Assembly (NCBI GenBank): GCA_963756875.1
Contig: CAVWPA010000003.1
Location: 928,001-992,000, forward strand
Origin: an uncultured Verrucomicrobiae bacterium
GTDB lineage: Bacteria > Verrucomicrobiota > Verrucomicrobiia > Chthoniobacterales > UBA10450
Length of the DNA: 64,000 nt
Direction: 5' to 3'
Shown: in pieces, positions 9,352 through 18,629 of the stretch
Layout: each line of letters starts with the position of its first letter
Numbering within the stretch: position 1 is the stretch's first letter
Translations under genes and position numbers: made by a program
The notes under the pieces: generated by a model
The model's input: only the letters and a program-made list of their open reading frames with translations
What the model was told of the DNA's origin: nothing
Databases searched by the model: none

Positions 9352-11768
9352 AGATGGTGCGCGGCACAGCCGCCCTTCTTGGGCTGGCGATGCTGGTGGC
9401 AAGCGCGGTTCTCGCCCAGCGACCGGTGGAAATACGTCGAGCCCAGCCGGTGGATGAAACCCCAGCGCCCACGGTGGCGCCTTCCGCCGAGCCCAGCGCC
9501 GCGCCGGTGGAAGCGGAAGCGCTGGAGCACCGTCAACTCCGGTATGCAAACGCGCTTTTCACTCGAAAACTCTACGATCTCGCGCGCCCCGAATATCAAA
9601 AGTATCTGGATGATTATCCCGGAGCATCTGGAAGAGCCAATGCCTATTTTTCGTTAGGCGAATGTGAGCGAAATCTTGGCCACGCTTCGAGTGCCCGAAC
9701 GAACTTTCAAAAAGTGCTGGATGATTATGGCGACAGCGATTTCGCCGGACCGGCGGCCTACGCTTTGGCCGAGATGGCGTTTACTCACAAAGACTACGCG
9801 ACCGCGCTTCCATTGTTTCATCGCTCCGCCGGGAAATCCAAGGAAGCAGCCGTGGCGCTTTCGGCGCGCTACTTCGAAGCGCGTTGTCTCGAGGCTATCG
9901 GGCACAAGGACGAAGCATGCGACATTTATCAGGCAGTGGCTGAAGCAAAGGATCCAAATCCATATCGCGCAGATGCGCGTGCGACAGCCGCCTCGATCGC
10001 GCTGTCGCGGGGGCGAAAAGCCGACGCTCTGACGCAGTACGCGGCGCTTGCCAATGAGACACAGAAACCCGCGTTGAAAGCGGAGGCAACCGTGCGTGCC
10101 GGTCTGCTTGCGGTCGATCTTGCACAACCGGAAAAAGGAAAGGTCGACAAGGCCATGGGCGAAAAGGCGATGACACTGCTTAAAAAGGGCCGTTCGCTCC
10201 CCGAGGCGGGCCGCTGGCGGGCGCTGGCCCAGGTTGGTATCCTGCGCTTGGAGTATCAACTGGGTGAGTTCGATCAGTTGGCCGGCGATTACCAAAAAAT
10301 CCTTCCGAATGTGCCGGAAGAAGCGCGTGCCGAAGTCATGTTGTTTGCTGCGAATGCTGAGCGGCAACTGGGGCATGCTCAGGAAGCCGAAACGCTCTAC
10401 CGCGAGATCATCGACAAATATCCGAACCGCGAAGAGGCCAGGGACGCGCGTTACCAGAGGCTGATCAATGTCTACAACTCCGATCCCTCCACGCTTCCGC
10501 CGGAGGTCGACGAATTCCTTGCTACCAATCCGACCACGGAGCGCGCTGATCAGGCGAAATTGCTAAAGGCGGAGGCGCTTTATAAGCAGCAAAATTATCC
10601 GCGCGCAGCTCCAATCTATGCCGAGCTGCGCGCCTCGCAGCTTTCGCCAAAGTTGCGCACCGAAGCGGCGCTAAAGCTCGGTTTGTGCTGCATTCAAATG
10701 AAGGATAACGCGGGGATCATCGAAGCCTTTACCTACTTCGTGCAGGCCTTCCCCGATAGCCCGCAGGCGCCTTTCGCCTTTGCGCAGCGCGCGCTCGCGT
10801 ACCAGGAAGACAAGAATTACGACGCGGAGCTTTCAGACTTGAACATGATTCTGACGAAATATCCTGACGCGCACGAGCGTGAAGCCGCGTTACAACAGAA
10901 GGCGCTCATTCTGGGCGAGCAACAGGACACTAACGGGATGATCGCAACATTCCGCCGGCTTCTAAAGGAGTTTCCGAAAAGTCCGGTCGCGGCACAAGCG
11001 CAGTACTATATTGGGAAAGCCGCCTTTGAAGCAAAAGACTACAAGACTGCACTGACCGCTCTCGATGCCGCCCGCCAGTTGGACAAAGATCAATATTACA
11101 ATCTCGCCACGGTTCGCATCATTTCGTCTTACTTTTATCTGCATAATCGGGCTGCGGTGACCAGGGAAGTGGATCAATTCATGTCTGAGAGCCCGAACGC
11201 TGTCGTTCCGGGCGAGATCCTGGAATGGCTCGGGATCCAATATTACAACGAAAAAAATTACGTCGCGGCCGAGAAATATTTGAGCGCCCTCGGGAAGACC
11301 GATAATCCGGCGCGTGTGAAGCCCGACTTTTGGTTTTATCTCGGAGACGCCTCCACGAAATTGAAGAATTTCGATGAAGCGGAGCAGGCGTTCGCCAAAT
11401 ATCTGGAGAAAGCTACCGATCCGGCGGGAAAAACGAAGGTGCTGCTGGCGCTCGGGGCGGTGAAAATCGCAGCGGACAAACCGGATGACGCGCAAAAGAT
11501 TGCGGAGCAGATCATGGCGCTGCAACCGGAAGGACGAGTGAATGCGGAGGCGCGGATGCTCGCGGGGGATGTCCAGTTCGAGCGCGGAAGTTTTGAGGAT
11601 GCGGGCAAGACATTTGCAAGCGTTGCTTTGCTTTACGATGATCCCGCGATTACGCCGCGTGCATTGCAAAAGGCGGCGCGGGCTTATCAAAAAGCAGGCA
11701 AAACCGATCAGGCCGACCGACTGACCCGGCAATTGCGGGAGAAATATCCAAACTACGCCGGAGGTTAG
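9348..11768 (+). CDS. Large secreted tetratricopeptide-repeat protein
   Basis: Signal peptide followed by many TPR units ending YP/FP; ATGA overlap with exbD. Confidence 0.85.
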   Translation: MKMVRGTAALLGLAMLVASAVLAQRPVEIRRAQPVDETPAPTVAPSAEPSAAPVEAEALEHRQLRYANALFTRKLYDLARPEYQKYLDDYPGASGRANAYFSLGECERNLGHASSARTNFQKVLDDYGDSDFAGPAAYALAEMAFTHKDYATALPLFHRSAGKSKEAAVALSARYFEARCLEAIGHKDEACDIYQAVAEAKDPNPYRADARATAASIALSRGRKADALTQYAALANETQKPALKAEATVRAGLLAVDLAQPEKGKVDKAMGEKAMTLLKKGRSLPEAGRWRALAQVGILRLEYQLGEFDQLAGDYQKILPNVPEEARAEVMLFAANAERQLGHAQEAETLYREIIDKYPNREEARDARYQRLINVYNSDPSTLPPEVDEFLATNPTTERADQAKLLKAEALYKQQNYPRAAPIYAELRASQLSPKLRTEAALKLGLCCIQMKDNAGIIEAFTYFVQAFPDSPQAPFAFAQRALAYQEDKNYDAELSDLNMILTKYPDAHEREAALQQKALILGEQQDTNGMIATFRRLLKEFPKSPVAAQAQYYIGKAAFEAKDYKTALTALDAARQLDKDQYYNLATVRIISSYFYLHNRAAVTREVDQFMSESPNAVVPGEILEWLGIQYYNEKNYVAAEKYLSALGKTDNPARVKPDFWFYLGDASTKLKNFDEAEQAFAKYLEKATDPAGKTKVLLALGAVKIAADKPDDAQKIAEQIMALQPEGRVNAEARMLAGDVQFERGSFEDAGKTFASVALLYDDPAITPRALQKAARAYQKAGKTDQADRLTRQLREKYPNYAGG

Positions 11769-11775
11769 ATCGTGG

Positions 11776-12342
11776 TCAGGCGGTCGCAATCGCAAGCGTT
11801 TCGATCGGCAGCGGCGAGAGGAATTCTTTCGTATCGTCGATTTGCAAAACAGGGCGCGCGAGATGCGCGGCGAGAAAACTGGTGTCAGGCGTAAGAGCAA
11901 TTCCCACCCGAGCGATAATCTCGCATTTGGCCAGTTGTTCGGTTACGTGCAGGAGCTTCTCGGCCGGGCTTTCGAGCCATGGAGCCTCGCCAGGATTTCG
12001 ATGCAATCGGCTGTTGTCTGTAAATTGGATCGTGCAGATACCGGGCGCAGTCGCTTCGATAAACGGACTGAGAGTAAACGCGTGCTGAAGCAGGATTTCC
12101 TGGATTAAATTCTCCTGCTCGCGCGCTCGCACTTTGATTGCGACATGCAAAAAACGAGCCAGTGCCTGACTCGGGGTCATGCCTTTGCGAATGCCGGCCG
12201 ATTCGGCCGGTTCGTTCAGTTGAATAATGACCGGTTTCTTTTCCTGTTCCTCAATCAAGGCGGCGGGCTTCGTCCACAGTTCCGGTTGATGCCGCAACGC
12301 GGCCTGCAGATAAAAATCAGGCAAATAAATTGTCGCAAACAT
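11776..12342 (-). CDS. imuB: Short ImuB-like inactive Y-family polymerase (N-terminal domain only, 188 aa)
   Basis: MFATIYLPDFYLQA, AGIRKGMTPSQALAR, LSPFIE, ARVGIA, FLSPLPIETL; follows imuA. Confidence 0.75.
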   Translation of the reverse strand: MFATIYLPDFYLQAALRHQPELWTKPAALIEEQEKKPVIIQLNEPAESAGIRKGMTPSQALARFLHVAIKVRAREQENLIQEILLQHAFTLSPFIEATAPGICTIQFTDNSRLHRNPGEAPWLESPAEKLLHVTEQLAKCEIIARVGIALTPDTSFLAAHLARPVLQIDDTKEFLSPLPIETLAIATA

Positions 12343-13056
12343 TTAAATGATGGAGGGACACACGCTGCCTGCCTCGCCGAAGCTGTGCGAAGGCGGGTCG
12401 TGTCCCAAATATTCGGCGCCGACGGCGCGGCGCCCTCCAGACGAGCGTTGGATGCGGAAATGCAGTCGCGAAATCGCGGTCTCTTGTTCAAAAGTTTCCA
12501 GCGTCCACGAATTTTCGAGAACGATTTTCAATTGCGCGCTGGCGACCATGTCATGGCGCGTCAAAACGAGGAAGGCCGTGGACGATCCTTCAACCAGGCG
12601 CTGCAAACGATACCAGCTCGCCTGGGGAATTTTACGCAGCTCTTCCGGAACGTTCAGGACGAGATCGAGAACAAGCAGCGGGAAATTGCCATCGCGTAAA
12701 AGAAGATCGGCGGCCTTGATCGCGTGCCACGCTGTGCTGCAACGCGCCCAAAGTATGTGACTTAAACATGCGTTGCCCAGCGGCTGGGGATCGAAAGAAT
12801 CGCGACCATCGATCAACGCGATGTAATACCGGTCGCGCTGCGCGGCTTGAAGAAGCGCATGAATAAGCGACGCGCTGCCCGCACTCATCTGCGGGCTGAT
12901 CAATTCAGTGATGAGGCTTTTAGGCAGACCGCCGCCGATTACTTCATCGAGAAAAGAAACCCCGGTAGCCAAAAACGTCCCGGGAGACAGGGGAGGGCGG
13001 GGAAAACGCTCAGCCAGTAATTTTCGCAGATCGACGACCTTAGCGCTCGCTGCCAT
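12343..13056 (-). CDS. imuA: ImuA-like RecA-fold mutagenesis protein
   Basis: TGVSFLDEVIGGGLPKSLITEL, ALIDGRDSFDP, AADLLLRDGNFPLLVLD; degenerate Walker A; LexA box upstream. Confidence 0.8.
   Translation of the reverse strand: MAASAKVVDLRKLLAERFPRPPLSPGTFLATGVSFLDEVIGGGLPKSLITELISPQMSAGSASLIHALLQAAQRDRYYIALIDGRDSFDPQPLGNACLSHILWARCSTAWHAIKAADLLLRDGNFPLLVLDLVLNVPEELRKIPQASWYRLQRLVEGSSTAFLVLTRHDMVASAQLKIVLENSWTLETFEQETAISRLHFRIQRSSGGRRAVGAEYLGHDPPSHSFGEAGSVCPSII
12351..12439. repeat. TGGAGGG...CCCTCCA palindromic element with a nested 29-bp element (12368-12396), forming the imuA 3' end
   Basis: 7-bp terminal inverted repeats and internal hairpins; the nested unit matches 55399-55420 (20/22, reverse complement). 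Confidence 0.65.
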
Positions 13057-13084
13057 ACCCAAAGGATGGCACGAAGAATCGACA

Positions 13085-13098
13085 TGTTCAAGTGAACA
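13085..13098. promoter_or_regulatory. LexA (SOS) box upstream of imuA
   Basis: TGTTC-AAGT-GAACA, perfect match to the Verrucomicrobia-type LexA motif TGTTC-N4-GAACA. Confidence 0.9.
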
Positions 13099-13121
13099 TT
13101 TTCACTTCTCGTCCCGTTTTG

Positions 13122-13147
13122 GTAGGGCGTTCGCCGCGGCGGACGCC
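13122..13147. repeat. GTAG-type REP unit between lexA and imuA
   Basis: gtagggcgttcgccgcggcggacgcc; near-identical to the reverse complement of 56285-56310. Confidence 0.7.
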
Positions 13148-13173
13148 GCTTTAGATTGGAAGCCGCTTCGCTT

Positions 13174-13791
13174 TCAGCGCGACTTCCGACGCGCCTGTTT
13201 TCGCACCAGCGAAACCATCACACCCTGGATTTTCAATTCACGGGCCGGAATCAGATTCGGATAATCCGGGTTTTCGGCTTTTAAATACGGGCGGCCACGC
13301 TCCGTCACATAACGTTTCAGCGTTGTTTCACCGTCGATCAACGCCGCCACGATATCGCCGTTGTGCACTTCCTTGCTCTCCTCCAGAATCACAATATCTC
13401 CGTCGAGAATGTGGGCGCCGATCATTGAATCGCCACGCACGCGCAGAGCGAAGGTGCCGCGGCTTCTTGAAACGTTGGCCGAGCGCGTATCGAGAGAAAC
13501 GTGTCCTTCAATGGTCTGCTCCGTCGGCGCCGACATGCCTGCTGGGATCTGCCCATAGATCGGAACGTCTGTGATCCGAACCTTTTGCACCGGTGTCACC
13601 AGGGCGCGTGCTTTCCGCGCGTGTCGGGAGATGAATCCTTTTCGTTCGAGCGCGGCGATGTACTGCATCACCGATGTCTGGCTGGCGAAACCGAAATGAT
13701 TTTGAATTTCGCGCGTGCTCGGCGTGATCCCTTTCTCTCGCTGTTCGCGCTGGATAAAATCGAGAACGTTCTTTTGACGGCCGGTCAGCAT
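13174..13791 (-). CDS. lexA: LexA repressor
   Basis: MLTGRQ...PSTREI wHTH, PAG cleavage site, VRGDSM (catalytic Ser), TTLKR (catalytic Lys). Confidence 0.96.
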   Translation of the reverse strand: MLTGRQKNVLDFIQREQREKGITPSTREIQNHFGFASQTSVMQYIAALERKGFISRHARKARALVTPVQKVRITDVPIYGQIPAGMSAPTEQTIEGHVSLDTRSANVSRSRGTFALRVRGDSMIGAHILDGDIVILEESKEVHNGDIVAALIDGETTLKRYVTERGRPYLKAENPDYPNLIPARELKIQGVMVSLVRKQARRKSR

Positions 13792-13824
13792 TCTTCAGGT
13801 TCGCTCAGAAACATCCCAGCGGCA

Positions 13825-13838
13825 AGTTCAAATGAACA
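13825..13838. promoter_or_regulatory. LexA box upstream of lexA (autoregulation)
   Basis: AGTTC-AAAT-GAACA, one mismatch from TGTTC-N4-GAACA, 33 bp before the start. Confidence 0.8.
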
Positions 13839-13889
13839 GATACGATAGTTAGACAGACGTTGAATCGTGAATTGGAGCTGGAAAGAGAG

Positions 13890-13975
13890 CCCTCACCTCG
13901 GTCCTCTGCCTGAGGGATAGGAGGACCAGCCTTGGCAACGCTGTGGCTCGGCCAGCGCGAAACGCCCGGTGAGGG
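13890..13975. repeat. CCCTCACC...GGTGAGGG palindromic intergenic element (degenerate)
   Basis: 8-bp terminal inverted repeats and internal hairpin ggtcctc...gaggacc. Confidence 0.5.
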
Positions 13976-14076
13976 TCAGTGGCACACCGATTTGCGACGC
14001 GCGCGCGCAATTTGGATGCTGCGATGGCGCGCTCGCCAACTTTCTCCCTTTCTGGTCGAGCTTGCGCGAGTCCAGC

Positions 14077-14132
14077 AAGTTCGTTGCGGCGAGGCGCCGC
14101 AACCAGCACGCGAGGCGCGTGCGCTTCCCAGA
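14077..14132. repeat. Half copy of the 14727-14864 palindromic family
   Basis: aagttcg...gcacgcgaggcgcgtgcgcttccc resembles the right arm of 14727-14864. Confidence 0.6.
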
Positions 14133-14181
14133 GCTGAGGCGCGCCGGTCCGCCTAACTAACACTTCAAACGAGACAGTGCG

Positions 14182-14688
14182 CTAGCGGCCGGACCGGCCG
14201 CGCGATTTGGATTTTGGCGGCGGCGAGCTGGTGCTTGCGATCAGTTTGCCCGAGGCATCGTACACGGAATAACCGATCTGTTTGCCCGTCCGATCGTATT
14301 TATAAACAATCTTGTTTGCGACGGCGTCGTTTTCTTTCAGGTGGGTTTCCTGTTCCAGCCGGCCGGCGCCATCGTATTGATAGATGCTTTTAAAACGGAA
14401 CTTTTTGTCTGGGCCGAAGAAGATGCCGCTAACGAACCGTCCGGCATCATCGAGCTGGTAGATGGTTTTACCCATTGGCTTGCCGTTGGCACTGGTGGTG
14501 ACGGCTGTTGCCTGGTGGCGTTCATTATTAAATTGGTAGGTGGTGTGCGAGCCGTCGGCGTTGATGGCGACGGTGACGCGCACGGCATCCTTGTTATTGT
14601 CGTCGAGAAGCTGGCTGCGTGTTGTGGAAAGGAATGAAAAAGCGACGACGCAGGGAAAAACGAACAGAAGCGAACGCCGGAGGATCAT
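14182..14688 (-). CDS. Secreted hypothetical protein with YD/RHS-like beta repeats
   Basis: Signal peptide; YQLDDAGR, YQYDGAGRL, YKYDRTGK, VYDASGK. Confidence 0.7.
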   Translation of the reverse strand: MILRRSLLFVFPCVVAFSFLSTTRSQLLDDNNKDAVRVTVAINADGSHTTYQFNNERHQATAVTTSANGKPMGKTIYQLDDAGRFVSGIFFGPDKKFRFKSIYQYDGAGRLEQETHLKENDAVANKIVYKYDRTGKQIGYSVYDASGKLIASTSSPPPKSKSRGRSGR

Positions 14689-14726
14689 CGAGGAGAAGTG
14701 TAGAGGCGAGCGTGGTGGCTGCAAGC

Positions 14727-14864
14727 CCGGGGAGCGCACGCGCCTCGCGTGCTACGCCAGTCCGGCTCGGAATTGCGGCGCCCTCGCCGCGATGTTTCCG
14801 AAGATAAAAAGTTCGCGATGGCGAGGGCGCCATCGGCGGCACGCGCGACGCGTGCGCTCCCCGG
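14727..14864. repeat. 138-bp palindromic MITE/REPIN-like element
   Basis: Perfect 16-bp terminal inverted repeats ccggggagcgcacgcg/cgcgtgcgctccccgg; internal ggcgccctcgcc/ggcgagggcgcc. Confidence 0.8.
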
Positions 14865-14947
14865 ATTACCGGAGGCGCTGACGCTTCAGCGTGCCGAGTC
14901 GGGGGTGAGGCCAAAAAAAGGAGCTGCAAATGAGGCATTAATTTTTG

Positions 14948-15000
14948 TTGACCTGCGCCCGGGAAGGTGGTTAAGAGTGGGGAAAAGTGGGCCAGAATGG
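14948..15000 (+). promoter_or_regulatory. dcw promoter with MraZ-binding direct repeats
   Basis: GTGG at 14967, 14977 and 14987 and ATGG at 14997 (10-bp period), overlapping TTGACC-N17/18-(T)TAAGA. Confidence 0.8.
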
Positions 15001-15019
15001 AACGATTCGCCACGCGCAC

Positions 15020-15469
15020 ATGGTCACGCCTTCCAAAGCTTTCTACGCCGGAGAGTTTCGTCACTTCATCGACGAGAAGAATCGAATCACCATCCCCGCG
15101 CGCTGGCGCCGCGATGGCGCCGAAGAATTCATCATTCTTCCGGAAGCGAGTCATCAATTTTTGCTGGTCATGTCGCCTGAGGAGTTTTCTCGCATGAGCG
15201 CCGCCGCGGAATCCGAGCCGAATGTTTCCGCGCGTGATCGCCGTGTTTTTCTACGCCAGCTGCACTCTCGCGCGCAACATGGCGCCGCCGATCGCCAGGG
15301 GCGCCTCGTTTTGCCGGAAGAGCTCTGCAAAAAAGTCGGATTGAAAGGCGAGGTGGCGCTGGTGGGCGGGCGCGGCCGCTTTGAGATTTGGAATCTGCAG
15401 CGCTGGAAGAAGGCGCACGAAGAAGAGACGCCGACGTACCAGCACGTGGCCAATGTGATTGGTTTGTAA
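15020..15469 (+). CDS. mraZ: Transcriptional regulator MraZ
   Basis: Two DxxxR motifs (DEKNR, DRQGR), FEIW; first gene of the dcw cluster. Confidence 0.93.
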   Translation: MVTPSKAFYAGEFRHFIDEKNRITIPARWRRDGAEEFIILPEASHQFLLVMSPEEFSRMSAAAESEPNVSARDRRVFLRQLHSRAQHGAADRQGRLVLPEELCKKVGLKGEVALVGGRGRFEIWNLQRWKKAHEEETPTYQHVANVIGL

Positions 15470-15555
15470 GTACGAGCGAAATGAATGCATTGTTGTTTGA
15501 ACGGCCGGTTTGGTTTGCGACCGGTCCATTGATCGTCGAGGAGGAGGCGCAGGAA

Positions 15556-16482
15556 ATGGAGGACTTCAGTTATCACCGCCCCGTGCTGATGCAGGAAGTG
15601 GTGGAGTTGCTTGCGCCGCGCCCCGGGTCGCTTGTAGTCGATGCCACTGTCGGCGGCGGCGGTCACACGGAAGCGATTTTGAAAACCGGCGCCGATGTTC
15701 TCGCGCTCGACCAGGATCCGGATGCAATTCGGGAGGCGCGCGAGTCGCTTTCTCCGTACGGCGGCCGGGTTACATTGCGCCAGGCCAATTTTCGCGACGC
15801 CGCTCAAATTCTCGATGAGCTGGGAATCGCCGCAATTGGCGGCGCCCTTCTGGATATTGGCGTTTCGTCGCGGCAACTGGAAAACCCGAACCGCGGTTTC
15901 AGCATGATGCGCAACGGTCCGCTCGATATGCGGATGGATCCGCGGACGCAGTTGACGGCCGCGGACATCGTCAACCAGTACAGCGAAGAGGACCTCACGA
16001 GGTTGTTTCGCGATCTCGGCGAAGAGCCCGCGGCGCGGCGCATCGCCACGTTGATCGTGAAAATGCGCAAGGATGCGCCGTTTAGCGAAACGTTGCAGCT
16101 CGCGCGCGCCATTGAAAAAGTGGTCGGCAGGCATGGCCGCCGGCATCCGGCCACTCAGGCTTTTCAGGCGCTTCGGATGGAAGTGAACGACGAGCTGGGC
16201 GCGCTCGCCGAAGGCCTGCGCGTGCTGACCGCGAGGCTTGAGCCGGGCGCGCGCATTGCGGTCATCACGTTTCATTCGCTCGAAGATCGGATTGTGAAAA
16301 ACTTTTTCCGGGACCGCAGCCGTGAATGGCTGGACCGGCCCGAATGGCCGCAGCCGAAGCGCAATCCGGAACGCGACCTGACTTTGATTACACCAAAACC
16401 GGTTGAGCCCGGTGAGAACGAGCGACGCATGAACCCGCGCGCCCGCAGCGCAAAACTACGCGTGGCGGAGAAGATCCAATGA
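15556..16482 (+). CDS. rsmH: 16S rRNA m4C1402 methyltransferase
   Basis: HRPVL, DATVGGGGH, DIGVSS, PLDMRMD, ITFHSLEDR, NPRARSAKLR; alternative start at 15481. Confidence 0.96.
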   Translation: MEDFSYHRPVLMQEVVELLAPRPGSLVVDATVGGGGHTEAILKTGADVLALDQDPDAIREARESLSPYGGRVTLRQANFRDAAQILDELGIAAIGGALLDIGVSSRQLENPNRGFSMMRNGPLDMRMDPRTQLTAADIVNQYSEEDLTRLFRDLGEEPAARRIATLIVKMRKDAPFSETLQLARAIEKVVGRHGRRHPATQAFQALRMEVNDELGALAEGLRVLTARLEPGARIAVITFHSLEDRIVKNFFRDRSREWLDRPEWPQPKRNPERDLTLITPKPVEPGENERRMNPRARSAKLRVAEKIQ

Positions 16483-16844
16483 GCCGTTCCCGTAGAAAAA
16501 ATTGGAACACGGTCGACGCGGCCTCGCTGGCGCGCTGGATTGTGCTCACCGCGTTCGTGGCATTGATCGGGTTGAGCTATGTGTACCTGACGCTGCAACT
16601 TTATCACCTGGGCGATCGCAGGAAAGCTCTCGAGACCGAACTGGCCAGTCTGCGCGCGCAAAACGACGTGGCCCGCGATCAAATTGCGGCCTTGACGTCG
16701 CGGACCGCCTTGCAGCGGCGGTTGAAGGAAGGATATCTGAAGATGGTTCCAATCGGCGAGCACAACATCGTGCGGCTGACCATGCCGGCGCGAAACGAGG
16801 AAGATGCCGTTCAACCGGTATCCAATCAGCCCGTCACCAGATGA
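16479..16844 (+). CDS. ftsL: FtsL-like cell division protein
   Basis: Single transmembrane helix plus coiled coil, between rsmH and ftsI. Confidence 0.7.
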   Translation: MSRSRRKNWNTVDAASLARWIVLTAFVALIGLSYVYLTLQLYHLGDRRKALETELASLRAQNDVARDQIAALTSRTALQRRLKEGYLKMVPIGEHNIVRLTMPARNEEDAVQPVSNQPVTR

Positions 16845-18601
16845 AATGGAACAGCCGGACACGATGCGCGCTGGTGTGCCTTGGCTTTGTTCTGATCTTC
16901 AGCGGATTTTCGTTCCGGCTGATCTATCTGCAAATGATCAAGCACGACGAGTACGCAGGGATTGCCACTGAGAAACACGTTTACAAACAAACCATTTTTG
17001 CCGAGCGCGGCGCAATTCTAGACGCAAACAACGAGCTGCTCGCGAACAACGTTCCTGTCGAAACCGTGGTGGCGGACGCCACCCATCTTAATAATGCGGA
17101 CGCCACCATCGATCTGGTCGCCAGCAAGCTGAAGCTGCCGCACGCCGAAGTGGCGGAAAAATTGCGGGGCGATCGTCGCTACATTGTCGTCCAGCGAGCC
17201 GTGCCGGAAACGCTGGCGGAATCGTTACGGCAAGAACTGCGCGCCCAGAATCTGCGCGGCATTTATTTCGAGCACGATGCCATGCGGGTTTATCCGAACG
17301 GCTCGATGCTCTGTCACGTGATCGGGTTTACAGATTTCGAGCACCACGGCATTCAGGGCGTGGAAGCCTCGATGGACGCGTATTTGCACGGGCAGGACGG
17401 TTATCGTTACATCGAACACAATCGCGCCGGGCGGGAGATCGTTCTTTATCGCGGCCAGGAACGCGCACCGCGCGACGGCTACCAGGTCCATCTCACGATC
17501 GATCTGAATTTGCAGAACATCGTTGAAAACGAAATCGACGCTGCGATGCGCGAGTATTCTCCGAAAAAGGCGACGATCATTCTGATGCGGCCCCAGACCG
17601 GCGAGATCCTGGCATTGGCCAATCGCCCCAATTTCGATCTTAATCGTCGCTCGGAAGCAAAACCGGAGCAGATGAAAGACCGCGCCATCGTCGACATGAT
17701 GGAACCCGGCTCAACATTCAAGATCGTGACCGCGGCGGCCGCCCTCAACGAACACAAGGTTAATCTCAATTCCGTGATCTTTTGCCAAAATGGCGTTTGG
17801 CCCTTCGGCGGAAGACTTCTGCATGACGCTGAGCCACACGGCGAATTAAGCGTGAAAGATATTCTCGTGAAATCGAGCAATATCGGCGCGGCCAAGCTGG
17901 CGATTGGCGTCGGCGAGGACAAATTTTACGAATACATCCGCCGGTTTGGATTCGGCGAACGGACCGGGATCGAGCTTCCGGGCGAAATTCGCGGACTGGT
18001 CCATTCGCCGCAATCGTGGAGCAAAATCTCGATCACCCGGATTCCCATGGGACAGGAGATCGGCGTGACTCCATTACAAATGATCATGGCAATGGGGGCC
18101 ATCGCCAACGGCGGCAAATTGATGACGCCTCGCATCGTGAAATCGATTACCAGCAGCGATGGCAAAGCCGTCAGCTCGTTTTCGCCGGTTGTGTTGCGAC
18201 AGGTAATTTCTCCCCAGACGGCAAAAGAAATAGGAGAAGCCTTGCGCGGTGTCGTGAGCGATCGCGGCACCGCGGCGGCTGCAGCCGTTCCGGGTTTCGT
18301 TATCGCTGGCAAGACCGGTACCGCTGAGAAAGTCAGTCCGCACGGCGGCTACGAGAAGGGAAAGTATGTCGTTTCCTTTATCGGTTATCTTCCCGCGGAC
18401 CATCCAGCCTTCGTGGGGTTGGTCGTATTGGACGACGCGAAGACAAAACCGGAAATGAACTACGGCGGACTCGTTGCCGGCCCGATTTTTTCACGCATCG
18501 CCGAGAAAGCCGCCCGCTATCTCGATCTTGAACCGCATGAGGAAATTCGCAAAGCCATACCGGTAGACCGAGTCGCCTTAACCAATGCCCGGCACCATTG
18601 A
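16841..18601 (+). CDS. ftsI: Class B penicillin-binding protein FtsI
   Basis: EPGSTFK, KSSN and KTGT motifs; ATGA overlap with ftsL. Confidence 0.93.
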   Translation: MKWNSRTRCALVCLGFVLIFSGFSFRLIYLQMIKHDEYAGIATEKHVYKQTIFAERGAILDANNELLANNVPVETVVADATHLNNADATIDLVASKLKLPHAEVAEKLRGDRRYIVVQRAVPETLAESLRQELRAQNLRGIYFEHDAMRVYPNGSMLCHVIGFTDFEHHGIQGVEASMDAYLHGQDGYRYIEHNRAGREIVLYRGQERAPRDGYQVHLTIDLNLQNIVENEIDAAMREYSPKKATIILMRPQTGEILALANRPNFDLNRRSEAKPEQMKDRAIVDMMEPGSTFKIVTAAAALNEHKVNLNSVIFCQNGVWPFGGRLLHDAEPHGELSVKDILVKSSNIGAAKLAIGVGEDKFYEYIRRFGFGERTGIELPGEIRGLVHSPQSWSKISITRIPMGQEIGVTPLQMIMAMGAIANGGKLMTPRIVKSITSSDGKAVSSFSPVVLRQVISPQTAKEIGEALRGVVSDRGTAAAAAVPGFVIAGKTGTAEKVSPHGGYEKGKYVVSFIGYLPADHPAFVGLVVLDDAKTKPEMNYGGLVAGPIFSRIAEKAARYLDLEPHEEIRKAIPVDRVALTNARHH

Positions 18602-18629
18602 GAATCCTGCCACCGCATGTTGAAACCTC

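Noticed and set aside
13980..13995. Sigma54 promoter TGGCACACCGATTTGC
   Set aside because: GG-to-GC spacing is one base too long and no gene follows on that strand
16502..16840. Long N-terminal extension on FtsI
   Set aside because: Overlaps ftsL in another frame; ATG at 16841 gives a normal FtsI with an ATGA overlap
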